Assembly (NCBI GenBank): GCA_965200315.1
Contig: OZ241362.1
Location: forward strand, 4,864,001-4,928,000
Source: Candidatus Latescibacterota bacterium
GTDB taxonomy: Bacteria; Latescibacterota; UBA2968; UBA8231
Length of the DNA: 64,000 nt
Reading direction: 5' to 3'
In this document: piece by piece, positions 1 to 9,730 of the stretch
Layout of the letters: the number at the start of each line of letters is the position of its first letter
Numbering within the stretch: position 1 is the first letter of the stretch
Made by a program: the position numbers and the translations under genes
The notes under the pieces: generated by a model
Seen by the model: the letters and a program-made list of their open reading frames with translations, nothing else
Told to the model about the DNA's origin: nothing
Databases searched by the model: none

Positions 1-11
1 CGAGACACGAG

Positions 12-215
12 ATGTATCAGAAGCCCCTGAATACGCCTCAATGGTATCCGAGATTGCGGGCGGAACGCGAAAAAGCGGGCCTGACAGACGAAATAGAACA
101 ACAGATTTTTAACAGTGGAAACGTGCCACAGACGCGCAAGCATACGAATGCGTTGCTGGCGATGGTAGATGCCAATACCGCTAAGAATAAGACAGCTTCT
201 TGTCGTGGTCAGTAG
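12..215 (+). CDS. Hypothetical protein, probably the 3' end of a gene that starts before the window
   Basis: Frame is open from the window edge and ends 16 nt before the next same-strand gene; no recognisable motif. Confidence 0.35.
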   Translation: MYQKPLNTPQWYPRLRAEREKAGLTDEIEQQIFNSGNVPQTRKHTNALLAMVDANTAKNKTASCRGQ

Positions 216-231
216 GCCAGAGTAGTTTTCG

Positions 232-1125
232 TTGATGACCTTTGACTCGCCCCTATACGTCTCCGATTTAGACGGTACTCTGCTGCGCAACGATACTTCG
301 CTATCTCAGTACAGCAAGGATACGCTCAACCCGCTATTGGAGCAGGGTTTGCTCTTCACGGTGGCTAGTGCCCGCAGCATAGCCTCCATGCGCCCCTTGC
401 TGGCCGATTTACCTCTGCGCTTGCCGGTGGTCGAATTCAACGGTGCCTTTGTTTCTGATCTGGCCAGCGGCCAACACTATCTGGTTCACGCCCTACACCG
501 CGACGTTTTGTCCGAGTTGTGGCAACAAATAGCCGACGCTGGCTACAGTCCCTTTATCTCGACCTACGACGGTGCTGCCGACCGTCTCTACTACCGAGAT
601 AGCGATATAACCAACGATGGCATGGCTTGGTACTTGCAGCATAGGCGGCTCCACCAAGATCCGCGCCTGTGCTATTTAGCCGACTTGCAAAGTGGCCTCG
701 ACGACCAAGTAGTTTGTCTTACCGTTATCGGCCTAGGGCCGGAGCTAGAGAAGTTGGATGAGGCGATCAACCAGCGGCATGCCAAACGGGTCCAGACCCA
801 TTGCTTCAAAAATCAGTACTCGCCTGACTGGCACTGGCTGACCATCCACGACGCCGGTGCCACCAAAGAACAGGGCATCCTAAGCCTCAAACGCTTGCAA
901 GGGCTGGAAGACCGCCATCTAGTCGTCTTTGGCGACCAAGTAAACGACTTGGATATGTTCAAGGTGGCTGACGAGGCCCTCGCTGTGGCCAATGCCATCC
1001 CCGCTCTCAAGGAACGTGCCAGCGGGATCATTGACACCAATGAAGAAGATGGTGTGGCCCGCTACATAAAGGCTCGTTGGTACGGAACATTAAACGTTCT
1101 TGATGGGGGCGTAGAACGAGACTAA
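232..1125 (+). CDS. Cof-type HAD-IIB hydrolase
   Basis: HAD motifs DLDGTLL, ASAR, K (ATKEQG) and GDQVND. Confidence 0.9.
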   Translation: MMTFDSPLYVSDLDGTLLRNDTSLSQYSKDTLNPLLEQGLLFTVASARSIASMRPLLADLPLRLPVVEFNGAFVSDLASGQHYLVHALHRDVLSELWQQIADAGYSPFISTYDGAADRLYYRDSDITNDGMAWYLQHRRLHQDPRLCYLADLQSGLDDQVVCLTVIGLGPELEKLDEAINQRHAKRVQTHCFKNQYSPDWHWLTIHDAGATKEQGILSLKRLQGLEDRHLVVFGDQVNDLDMFKVADEALAVANAIPALKERASGIIDTNEEDGVARYIKARWYGTLNVLDGGVERD

Positions 1126-1146
1126 TTACGCTTAAGGAGGCTATTA

Positions 1147-1587
1147 ATGGCTAGCCGACATGCCGACTGGTTAAAACAGGGCCAGCGAGATTTGGCCCAC
1201 GGACGCCGATCGCTCGACGCCGGCGACTATGAGTGGGCCTGCTTTGCCGCCCAACAGGGCGCGGAAAAAGCCGTCAAGGCGGTTGTCGAGAAGATGGGCG
1301 GTGTGGCTTGGGGACACTCTGTTACCGCTCTGTTGGAATCCTTGCCCGAATCGCTTAGGCCCGATCCGGGGCTGCTGGACGCTGCCAAAGCATTGGACAA
1401 ACACTACATTCCCGCCCGCTACCCCAATTCGCATCCACAAGGAGCACCTTATGAATACTACACCCGTACTGAGGCAGAGTGTGCGCTCGTCCACGCCGGC
1501 CAAGTCATCGGCTTCTGTGAAGGTGTTTTGGCTGGACCGCCCACAGATCCTAGCGCGTCTCAAACGTGCTGCCCAAGCGATGCGTGA
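1147..1587 (+). CDS. HEPN domain protein (HEPN-MNT pair)
   Basis: WACFAAQQGAEKAVKA, WGHS and LDKHYIPARYPN are typical HEPN motifs; RBS aaggagg upstream. Confidence 0.9.
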   Translation: MASRHADWLKQGQRDLAHGRRSLDAGDYEWACFAAQQGAEKAVKAVVEKMGGVAWGHSVTALLESLPESLRPDPGLLDAAKALDKHYIPARYPNSHPQGAPYEYYTRTEAECALVHAGQVIGFCEGVLAGPPTDPSASQTCCPSDA

Positions 1588-1882
1588 ACGGCACCCTGAA
1601 ATCGAGAGGATCGTGTTGTTTGGTTCGCTGGCGCGGGGCGATGCCGTACCGGGTAGCGATGCGGATCTGCTCATCGTGCTAAGCCATAGCACGGCGTCTT
1701 TTTTAGATCGGGCGGTGCGCTATCGACCGGCGGATGTGGGCGTGGGCGTCGATGTGGTGGCGTACACGCACGAGGAACTAACCGCACTGCTGGAGGCAGG
1801 CAATGCCTTTGTGCGACAGGCTCTGCGCGAGGGGATGGTGCTGGTCGGCGATCCTGACCGCCGTGGAAAAGGCGGACGCTGA
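1517..1882 (+). CDS. Minimal nucleotidyltransferase (MNT), partner of the HEPN gene
   Basis: LFGSLARGD...SDADLLIV pol-beta motif; GTG start inferred inside the 1229..1882 ORF, overlapping the HEPN gene. Confidence 0.85.
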   Translation: MKVFWLDRPQILARLKRAAQAMRERHPEIERIVLFGSLARGDAVPGSDADLLIVLSHSTASFLDRAVRYRPADVGVGVDVVAYTHEELTALLEAGNAFVRQALREGMVLVGDPDRRGKGGR

Positions 1883-1914
1883 CCCCGGTCTTGCGTAGAG
1901 ACTGGATGGTACGC

Positions 1915-2120
1915 CTCAAGGCGTGTGATCGTCTCGGCATTTTGCCAACGAAAACTGTGTTCGTCGGAGATGGAGGATTTGATGAGCTGCAGGGTGCCGC
2001 AGCAGTTGGTATGCAGCCTGTACAAGCCCGGTGGTATTATGCGCGGGAGATCGAATGGAATGCTACATCAGAGTTGAGTTCTATCGACAAAATTGACGAT
2101 CTGGTTAATCAACTTGAATG
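1915..2120 (+). pseudogene. C-terminal fragment of a HAD-IA hydrolase
   Basis: LKACDRLGILPTKTVFVGDGGFDELQGAAAVGM matches the HAD motif IV region; the N-terminal DxD motif is missing. Confidence 0.6.
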
Positions 2121-2147
2121 TATGGTATCAAGAATCGAGGAGACGAT

Positions 2148-3965
2148 ATGTACGAACAATTGGAGATACACTACGAAGGGCAGACGGAGTTCGTCGCCAC
2201 AGACCAGCAGGTCAAGCCCTTGCGGCTATTCGTCGCTTGTCCGGCGGGCTTGGAAGCCGGGGCCGATGTGCGGGTTTCGATCAGCACGTTCCATTCCTAT
2301 TCCCGCAAGTGGACGCTTGCAGAGCCTTTTGTCGAAGGCGGCGAGGGCGTGGTGGTGATTGGGCACAGGTTGGCGCGCGACTGGACCGATATGACGCGGG
2401 GCGGCGACGGGCCGGCTGGCGGCGGATTGGTGGGGCGGCCGATCAACGAGCTCTACTTGTGTACCATCGCGGTTACCAAATCGCTGAGCGCGGGAGCGCG
2501 GCTGGTCTTTCCCTTTGGCGTGGTGCCGTCGCCGCACGCGGATATAAGCGGTGTCCTGCAAGTGCGAGTGCGGCGACCTGAAGCCGAGGTTTTCGAGAAG
2601 GTGGGAGACCCCATTCCCCTGAGTAATGCCCCTGGTCCCTTGACGCGGCTGGAAGGAAGGCTCTCCGCGGCGATGGATGCGGAGGGAAAGCGCCGGGTCG
2701 TAGTCTTTGCGACCGACGATCATCTCAATCCAATATCCGGCTACCGGGGGACGGTGACTTTGCAGGCCGACGGCGCGGTTACTGGTCTGCCCGATGAGGT
2801 AGCGATTGGTGCCGACGGTCGGGGCGTGGTCGAGGGCATTGAAGTGCAAGCCGACGGTCCAGTCCGCATCACGGTGCGCGATGCAGAGCGCGGTTTAGAA
2901 GCGCAGGGCGGGCCGGCGCAAGCGGTCGGCGAGCGCGGCCACTACTTCGGCGGGATCCACTTCCACACGCGGCTTTCGGTAGATGGCGACCGGGAGCCAC
3001 ACGCGGCCTACGCCTATGCCCGCGACTTGCTCAACCTCGACGTGATCGCGATGACGGATCACGCGCCGATTGGCCCCGGATGGGCCGAGTGCTTGGCGGT
3101 CAATGAGGAGTTTTACGAGCCGGGCCGCTTTGTGACGATTCCCGCGTGGGAAAGCTCCAATGCCTACGGACACGCCAACCTCTATCTGCGCACGCCAGAA
3201 GTTGATGGTGGCACTTGGCACTGGAAACCGGAGCTTTGCCCCGCGGAAGTGACTTGGGACGAGGACGTGGTCATGGTGCCGCACCATCCCAACTGCGGCC
3301 AGCCGATTGAGTACGGCAAGCACCGCGAGGTCATGGGCAAGACGTTTTACTGGTCGCAATACCGCTGGGAGTTCCCCAACAAGCGGGCTAGGTTGGTGGA
3401 AATCGTCCAGGGCCGGGGCAATTTTGAGGCCGACGCGCTCGACGAGTACTGGGGTATTCGCATGGGGGAGTTGGGTGCTTCGGTGCAGGACGCTTTTGCC
3501 CAAGGCTGGCGCTTGGGGTTTGTGGCCGGGACTGACAACCATCAGGGACACCCGACGCAAAATTCGGGCGGCTATGTGGGGATGACCTGTTTCCGGGCGA
3601 CGGAGTTGACCCGCGAGGGGGTGTGGCAGGCGATGGACGAGCGCTGGACCTACGCGACTTCGGGCGTGCCGATTGTCTGCGACTATGCAGTCAACGGCGT
3701 ACGCTCAGGCGCGGAGGGCGCGTTGGCGGCAGGCGAAAAGGTGCATTTTTCCGCCAGCCTGCACGGGACTGCGCCGATTGAGCGGGTGGAGATCATGGCC
3801 AACGGACAGTGCGTCTGGCAGGACGCGCCCAACGCTTGGGACGTGGAAATCGACGGGGCCGAATTGCCAGCGCCAGAGGGCGCGTGGGCCTATTACTATC
3901 TGCGGCTGCGGCAACAAGACGGGCACCGGGCGTGGCTGAGTCCAGTGTGGTTGGACCGGGTATGA
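2148..3965 (+). CDS. PHP-fold metallohydrolase (DUF3604/CehA-McbA-like) with N-terminal beta-rich domains
   Basis: HFHT, TDH, GHAN, PHH and GTDNH metal ligands; C-terminal YYYLRLRQQDGHRAWLSPVW; RBS gaggag before ATG 2148. Confidence 0.75.
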   Translation: MYEQLEIHYEGQTEFVATDQQVKPLRLFVACPAGLEAGADVRVSISTFHSYSRKWTLAEPFVEGGEGVVVIGHRLARDWTDMTRGGDGPAGGGLVGRPINELYLCTIAVTKSLSAGARLVFPFGVVPSPHADISGVLQVRVRRPEAEVFEKVGDPIPLSNAPGPLTRLEGRLSAAMDAEGKRRVVVFATDDHLNPISGYRGTVTLQADGAVTGLPDEVAIGADGRGVVEGIEVQADGPVRITVRDAERGLEAQGGPAQAVGERGHYFGGIHFHTRLSVDGDREPHAAYAYARDLLNLDVIAMTDHAPIGPGWAECLAVNEEFYEPGRFVTIPAWESSNAYGHANLYLRTPEVDGGTWHWKPELCPAEVTWDEDVVMVPHHPNCGQPIEYGKHREVMGKTFYWSQYRWEFPNKRARLVEIVQGRGNFEADALDEYWGIRMGELGASVQDAFAQGWRLGFVAGTDNHQGHPTQNSGGYVGMTCFRATELTREGVWQAMDERWTYATSGVPIVCDYAVNGVRSGAEGALAAGEKVHFSASLHGTAPIERVEIMANGQCVWQDAPNAWDVEIDGAELPAPEGAWAYYYLRLRQQDGHRAWLSPVWLDRV

Positions 3966-4156
3966 ACGGAACGAGACGGGCCGATGTAGAGTGTGGAATG
4001 CGCGTTGCCATCGTGCAGAAGCAGGACCAGCGCACGGGGCGGCTAACCGAGGGCGTGGTGCGGGATATTCTGACCAAGTCGGCGACGCATCCGCACGGGA
4101 TTAAGGTGCGCTTGGAGACCGGCGAAGTCGGCCGGGTCAAGCAGGTGAGCGGTTAG
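3962..4156 (+). CDS. YwbE family small protein
   Basis: KQDQRTGRLTEGVVRDILTKSATHPHGIKVRLETGEVGRV is the family signature; ATGA overlap with the upstream stop. Confidence 0.9.
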   Translation: MNGTRRADVECGMRVAIVQKQDQRTGRLTEGVVRDILTKSATHPHGIKVRLETGEVGRVKQVSG

Positions 4157-4655
4157 AAGTAGTAAAAAGAATAGACCAAAGACGCCCCGCCCCCGCCGAC
4201 GCAAGCTCCCATGATAAACCCCAAAAAGAGCGGCCGCACCTTCCTGTATAAAATGACCCCGCCGTAGCTGATCAGAATCGACTTAACCAGCCAAGCGAGG
4301 AACATCCCAAACCAGTCGCCGCGCACGGTATTGGTCAGGGCCACGGCTAGCCCCACCGGGTGCAGCGGCCAGCCGGCGAGGCGGTGCTGGGCCAAGGAAA
4401 GCAAGCCGGCGAGCCCAGCGCCGAGGCCGGTGAACAGGGTGGTCAGGTGTTGGGGCGGGTGCGGGTTGTTGACCGTTTTGGCGACCCAACCCCACTTGCT
4501 CAGCGGCGAGTTGATGTAGTACCAGCGGAAGCCGTGCATCATGCCGTGCTGATAGCCCAGCCATATATAGACCACGATGGTGGTGATTGCGCTGACGACG
4601 AGGGCCGAGGCGAGGTTGCTCCGGCCCGGGATACTACGTATCCGTATTAGGTGTT
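4153..4655 (-). pseudogene. 3' remnant of a DUF6785/DUF6784-like polytopic membrane protein
   Basis: WPLHPVG...FLAWLVKSILISYGG..LYRKVRPLFLG C-terminal signature; an in-frame stop lies ~80 nt upstream of 4575, and homologs I know are several hundred aa long. Confidence 0.65.
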
Positions 4656-4695
4656 TTTAATCCAGTCAGACCACGTTACCTGAAAGACCTACACC

Positions 4696-7600
4696 ATGGC
4701 CGAATTGATCCCTGAGCCCAGCCACAACCCGGCTGCCCTGCGCGACCTCCTTGATAACTGGCGGCAACAGGCCGCCGCGGCCGGGTATCGCCGCGAGCGC
4801 GACAAGGGAGCCGCATTCGAGGCCCTTTGCATCGCCTACCTACAGCACGACCCGCTCCAAGCGCGGCAATACGACCCGCCCACGCCGTACTCGGACTGGG
4901 TCCGACGTCAAGATCGAGTGGCCGAGCCGCTGGCACTCTACGCTGAGCCGGAGCAGTCGGCGCAAGACCTCGGTATCGACTTGGTCGCCAAGCTGCGCGG
5001 CGAAGAGGGCTGGTGCGCCATTCAGTGCAAGTTCCACGCAACGGGCCGCCGCATCGCCAAGGCGGAAATCGACTCTTTCTTGGCTGCTTCGGGGCGTAAG
5101 GATTTCCGCCAGCGGCTGATCATCGACACGACCGGCCGCGAGTGGAGCCCGCAAGCGGAAAAGATGCTGCGCGACCAAGCGGTGCCGGTGCGGCGCATTG
5201 GCCTGCAAGAACTACAGGCCAGCCCCATCCGCTGGCAGGACTTTGCGGCCAGCGGTGAAATCCGCGTCGCCGCCCAACGCTCCCTCCGTCCACATCAGCG
5301 CCAGGCCCTCGAAGCCGTTACGGGCGGACTGGCGAACTCAGGTAGTCGCGGCAAAATGATCATGGCTTGCGGCACCGGCAAAACCCTGACCTCGCTCCGC
5401 ATTGCCGAAAAACTCGCTGGCCCCGGCGGGCGCGTTCTCTATCTCGTGCCCAGCTTGGCGCTGATGGCGCAGACGGTGCGCGAATGGGCGCAAGACGCCA
5501 ACCTGCCGCTGCGCTCGTTCGCGGTGTGTTCCGACGCACAGGTTGGCAAGCGACGCCGGCGCAACGACGACCTCATCGACATGGATGCGCTGGATTTGGC
5601 GTTTCCGGCCACGACGGATGCGGCCCGCCTCGCCAGCGTCGCGGTCCCGCCAGCACCAGACGATCTGACCGTCGTCTTTGCTACGTATCAATCCAGCACA
5701 GTGATTGAAGCCGCACAGCAGGCCCACGGGCTGTCCGCCTTTGACCTCGCAATCTGCGACGAGGCGCACCGCACGGCCGGCGCGTTGATCGAAGGCGAGG
5801 ATCCGTCGCACTTCGTCCGCATCCACCGCGACGAGCACATCCGCTGTGCGCGGCGGCTCTACATGACCGCGACCCCCAAGGTCTATGCCGCCAGTGCCCG
5901 CACTCGCGCCGGTGAGCTGGCCACGGCCCTCTGCTCTATGGAGGATGAGGAAATCTATGGGCCGCCCCTGTACGAACTCGCCTTCGGCGCGGCCGTGGAG
6001 CAGGGCTTGCTGACCGACTACAAGGTGATCGTTCTGACGGTGCCGGAGGACGCTGCGGCCCGGGCCATTCAGCGCAGCCTGGCCGAGGACAGTGAATTGA
6101 AACTCGACGACGGGGCCAAATTACTTGGCTGCTGGCGGGCCTTGGCCAAGGTGGATGCCTGCCAGTTCCCGGCAAACGACCGCCAAGGGATGCGCCGCGC
6201 CATTGCTTTTTGCCGCGACATCAAATCCTCGCAGCAAGTGGAGCGGCTGTTTGCCCAAGTCGCCGCAGAATACCGCGAGCAAGAAGGCGCACATCTAACG
6301 GAATACCCGGTGGCGGCCCAACACGTCGACGGCACCTTCAACGCCATAAAGCGTTCGGCGGCCCTGCACTGGTTGGACGAAGCCGACAGCGGCTGCCGGG
6401 TGCTCACCAACGCCCGCTGTCTTTCCGAAGGGGTGGATGTGCCCGCCCTGGACGCGATTTTGTTCATGCACCCGCGCAAGAGCCAAATCGATGTAGTGCA
6501 GGCAGTGGGCCGAGTCATGCGTAAGGCCCCGGACAAACAGATGGGCTATGTCGTCCTACCAGTGGTTATTCCGTCGGGCATTCAGCCGGAAGCCGCGCTC
6601 AACGACAACAAGGCATTCGAGGTCGTCTGGCAGACGCTGAATGCGATCCGCAGCCACGACGAGCGGTTTGAGGGGATGATCAACCGGATTGAATTGGGCG
6701 ACCCGGGCGACCGCATCGGCCTCATCACGTTAGCGGACTGGAATCCGGCGCCGGCGAGCGGAGATGGGCCGGGCATTGGGCGCGGAGCAGCGCGGGACCC
6801 AGACGCCCCGCCTAGCCAACCGGAGGATTCTCAACCAGCTTTGTTCGACGGATTGCCGGCGGCGATTCGGGCGAAAATCGTCGAGAAGTGCGGCGACCGG
6901 AAGTACTGGGACGAATGGGCTGGCGATGTGGCGGATATTGCGCGGCGGCACATTGAGCGCATCAAGGCCCTCGTCGAATCGGGCGACGCTGAGCGGGAGG
7001 TTTTCCAAGAGTTTGTCGACGAGTTGTGCGACGATCTAAACGAGGGCATCACCGACGACGACGCGATTGAAATGCTGGCGCAGCATTTGGTGACCGGGCC
7101 GGTGTTTGACGCGCTGTTCGGCGAGACGAAATTCGTTTCGCGCAATCCGGTGAGCCAAGGCATCCAATGTGTGTTGGATGTGCTCAAGCCAGAGAACATC
7201 GACGTGGAAGCGGCTAATCTCGACGAGTTTTACGCCAGCGTCCGGCGGCGAGTGGAGGGAGCGGCTACGGACGCGGCCAAGCAGAAGATCGTCGTCGAGC
7301 TATACGACAAATTCTTCCGCAACGCCTTTCCCAGCATGACGCAGCGGCTAGGCATCGTTTATACGCCTGTGGAGATCGTCGATTTCATCATTCGCTCGGT
7401 GAACGATGTTTTGGAGGACGAATTCGGTTCGACGTTGGGTTCCGAGGGCGTACACATTCTCGATCCATTCACCGGCACGGGCACGTTTGTTACGCGGCTG
7501 TTGCAGCAGGGTTTGATTGCAGCCGAGGATTTGCCGCGCAAATACGCTAATGAGATTCACGCCAATGAGATTGTCTTGTTGGCCTATTACATCGCAGCGG

Positions 7601-9600
7601 TGAACATTGAGACGGCCTATCACGAGATGGTCGGCGGGGACTACAAACCGTTTGCCGGCATCTGCCTGACAGACACCTTTGAAATGCAGGAAGGCGACGA
7701 TTTGCTGGCGCAGATTATGCCGGATAATTCGGGGCGGCGGACCCGACAGAAAGAGACGGATATTCGCGTGATTATGGGGAATCCGCCGTGGTCGCGTATG
7801 CAGAAAAGCATGAACGACAACGCGCAAAATCAGTCGTATCCAAGTTTGGATGCGCGAATCAGCGACAGCTATGCACGACATTCGAGCGTTACCAATAAGA
7901 ACATTCTCTACGACAGCTACATCCGTGCGATTCGCTGGGCGAGCGACCGGATTGGCAAGAGCGGCGTGATCGGGTTTGTGACCGGGAGTGCATGGCTTGA
8001 ACGCGCTGTCGCCGACGGGATGCGAAAGTGTCTATTCGAGGAATTTAGCAACCTCTACGTATTTCACCTGCGCGGCGACGTCCGCAAAAACATGCTGAGC
8101 GGTGGCAAGGCCGGCGAAGGTGAAAACGTATTCGGCCAAGGCAGTATGACCGGATGCGCCGTCACCATTTTCGTTAAAAATCCCTACGAGAAGGAGCATG
8201 GTCGTATCCTGTTCCGAGACATCGGCGAAGACTTGGGCACTGACGAAAAATTAGACACTATCCGAAAGTTTGGAAGTACTCGCGGCATTACCAAGGCGAA
8301 TGGCTGGACGAGAATTGTACCCGACGCCAAGCACGAATGGCTGATCCAAGGAGATCCGGAGTTCAGCCAGTTCATGCAGGTCGGCGATAAAAAACGGAAC
8401 ACGTTTAACGATCTCGTATTTAAAAATTACTCGCTCGGAGTTGCTACTGGCCGCGACGCTTGGTGTTGCAATTTCTCGGCCAGTGCGCTCGAAGAGAACG
8501 TCCGATCCATGATCGATTTCTACAATTCGGAGATTGAGCGGTGGCAAGCCGATAAACTCGGCAATGCAAAACAGGCTGTTGATGCTTTCGTCAACAATGA
8601 CCCACAAAAAATTAGCTGGACCGCGAACCTCAAGGCCGATCTCGGTCGGGGAAAACAGTTGCAATTTGACGAGGGGCGAATCGCTCCGATAACGTATCGC
8701 CCCTTCACGCGGCAGGGGCTGTATTTCAGTCGCAGATTGAACGAACGGGTTTACCAAATACCGCAAATTTTCCCACACGCCGACGCGGAAAACCGCCTCA
8801 TTTGCGTGACGGGCATTGGGGCGCGGGCCGGTTTTTCAGTGATGATGGTCGATGCAATCCCGAACCTCCACACTATGGATTCGGGCCAATGCCTTCCCTT
8901 ATACCTCTACGAAAAACCCGCCAACGACGCCGGCCTTTTCGGCCAACAATCCGACGCCCACGGCTACACCCGCCGCGCCGCCATCACCGACGACGCACTC
9001 GCCAAATTCCGCGATGCCTACGGCAGCACCGTCTCCAAGCGCGACATCTTCCACTACATCTACGGCTTGCTACACGTCCCATCCTACCGCCGCCGCTTCG
9101 CCAACAACCTCTCCAAAGAGCTGCCGCGCATCCCCCTCGCCACCGACCCCAACCACTTCGCCGCCCTCGTCGCGGCCGGCCGCGAGTTAGGCGACTTACA
9201 CGTCGGCTTCGACCGCGTTGAGCCGTGGCCGCTCAAATTCGCCAACGGCAGTTGGGACGCGCCGGCAACCTATTTCCGCGTCCAAAAGATGAAACTCGGC
9301 GGCACCCAAAAAGCCCCCGACCGCACGACGATTATCTACAACAGCCACATCACCGTCACCGACATTCCCGCCGCCGCGTGGGACTACGAAGTCAACGGCA
9401 AGCCGGCCCTCAAATGGGTCATGGAGCGACAGGCCGTATCCACCGACAAAGCCAGCGGCATTGTCAACGACGCTAACCGCTACGCCACCGAAACCCTCGG
9501 CGATCCATCCTATCCGCTAAAGCTGCTCGCCTGCGTTGTTCGCGTCAGCATGGAGACTAATCGCATTGTTAAGGGGTTGCCGGAGCCGATGTGGAATTGA
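4696..9600 (+). CDS. Type ISP restriction-modification enzyme (LlaGI/LlaBIII-like: Mrr-type nuclease, SF2 helicase, N6-adenine MTase, target recognition domain)
   Basis: GIDLVA...IQCK nuclease; MACGTGKT, DEAH, TATP, LSEGVD and QAVGRVMR helicase motifs; DPFTGTG and GNPPW MTase motifs; C-terminal YEVNGKPALKWVMERQ...SGIVNDAN. Confidence 0.95.
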   Translation: MAELIPEPSHNPAALRDLLDNWRQQAAAAGYRRERDKGAAFEALCIAYLQHDPLQARQYDPPTPYSDWVRRQDRVAEPLALYAEPEQSAQDLGIDLVAKLRGEEGWCAIQCKFHATGRRIAKAEIDSFLAASGRKDFRQRLIIDTTGREWSPQAEKMLRDQAVPVRRIGLQELQASPIRWQDFAASGEIRVAAQRSLRPHQRQALEAVTGGLANSGSRGKMIMACGTGKTLTSLRIAEKLAGPGGRVLYLVPSLALMAQTVREWAQDANLPLRSFAVCSDAQVGKRRRRNDDLIDMDALDLAFPATTDAARLASVAVPPAPDDLTVVFATYQSSTVIEAAQQAHGLSAFDLAICDEAHRTAGALIEGEDPSHFVRIHRDEHIRCARRLYMTATPKVYAASARTRAGELATALCSMEDEEIYGPPLYELAFGAAVEQGLLTDYKVIVLTVPEDAAARAIQRSLAEDSELKLDDGAKLLGCWRALAKVDACQFPANDRQGMRRAIAFCRDIKSSQQVERLFAQVAAEYREQEGAHLTEYPVAAQHVDGTFNAIKRSAALHWLDEADSGCRVLTNARCLSEGVDVPALDAILFMHPRKSQIDVVQAVGRVMRKAPDKQMGYVVLPVVIPSGIQPEAALNDNKAFEVVWQTLNAIRSHDERFEGMINRIELGDPGDRIGLITLADWNPAPASGDGPGIGRGAARDPDAPPSQPEDSQPALFDGLPAAIRAKIVEKCGDRKYWDEWAGDVADIARRHIERIKALVESGDAEREVFQEFVDELCDDLNEGITDDDAIEMLAQHLVTGPVFDALFGETKFVSRNPVSQGIQCVLDVLKPENIDVEAANLDEFYASVRRRVEGAATDAAKQKIVVELYDKFFRNAFPSMTQRLGIVYTPVEIVDFIIRSVNDVLEDEFGSTLGSEGVHILDPFTGTGTFVTRLLQQGLIAAEDLPRKYANEIHANEIVLLAYYIAAVNIETAYHEMVGGDYKPFAGICLTDTFEMQEGDDLLAQIMPDNSGRRTRQKETDIRVIMGNPPWSRMQKSMNDNAQNQSYPSLDARISDSYARHSSVTNKNILYDSYIRAIRWASDRIGKSGVIGFVTGSAWLERAVADGMRKCLFEEFSNLYVFHLRGDVRKNMLSGGKAGEGENVFGQGSMTGCAVTIFVKNPYEKEHGRILFRDIGEDLGTDEKLDTIRKFGSTRGITKANGWTRIVPDAKHEWLIQGDPEFSQFMQVGDKKRNTFNDLVFKNYSLGVATGRDAWCCNFSASALEENVRSMIDFYNSEIERWQADKLGNAKQAVDAFVNNDPQKISWTANLKADLGRGKQLQFDEGRIAPITYRPFTRQGLYFSRRLNERVYQIPQIFPHADAENRLICVTGIGARAGFSVMMVDAIPNLHTMDSGQCLPLYLYEKPANDAGLFGQQSDAHGYTRRAAITDDALAKFRDAYGSTVSKRDIFHYIYGLLHVPSYRRRFANNLSKELPRIPLATDPNHFAALVAAGRELGDLHVGFDRVEPWPLKFANGSWDAPATYFRVQKMKLGGTQKAPDRTTIIYNSHITVTDIPAAAWDYEVNGKPALKWVMERQAVSTDKASGIVNDANRYATETLGDPSYPLKLLACVVRVSMETNRIVKGLPEPMWN

Positions 9601-9730
9601 TGATCTATAGTTGTGAAGGAGATAGGCAGTTTTTATATTGTGAAGCGATCGAAGTGAGGAAGTAAGAGCAACGACATGACAGTTGATACGAAGGACATTA
9701 AGCCGGCTGTGAACCAGAGTAATAAACCAG

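Noticed and set aside
1229-1516. N-terminal extension of the MNT ORF
   Set aside because: Alternative frame of the HEPN gene; similarity begins near GTG 1517
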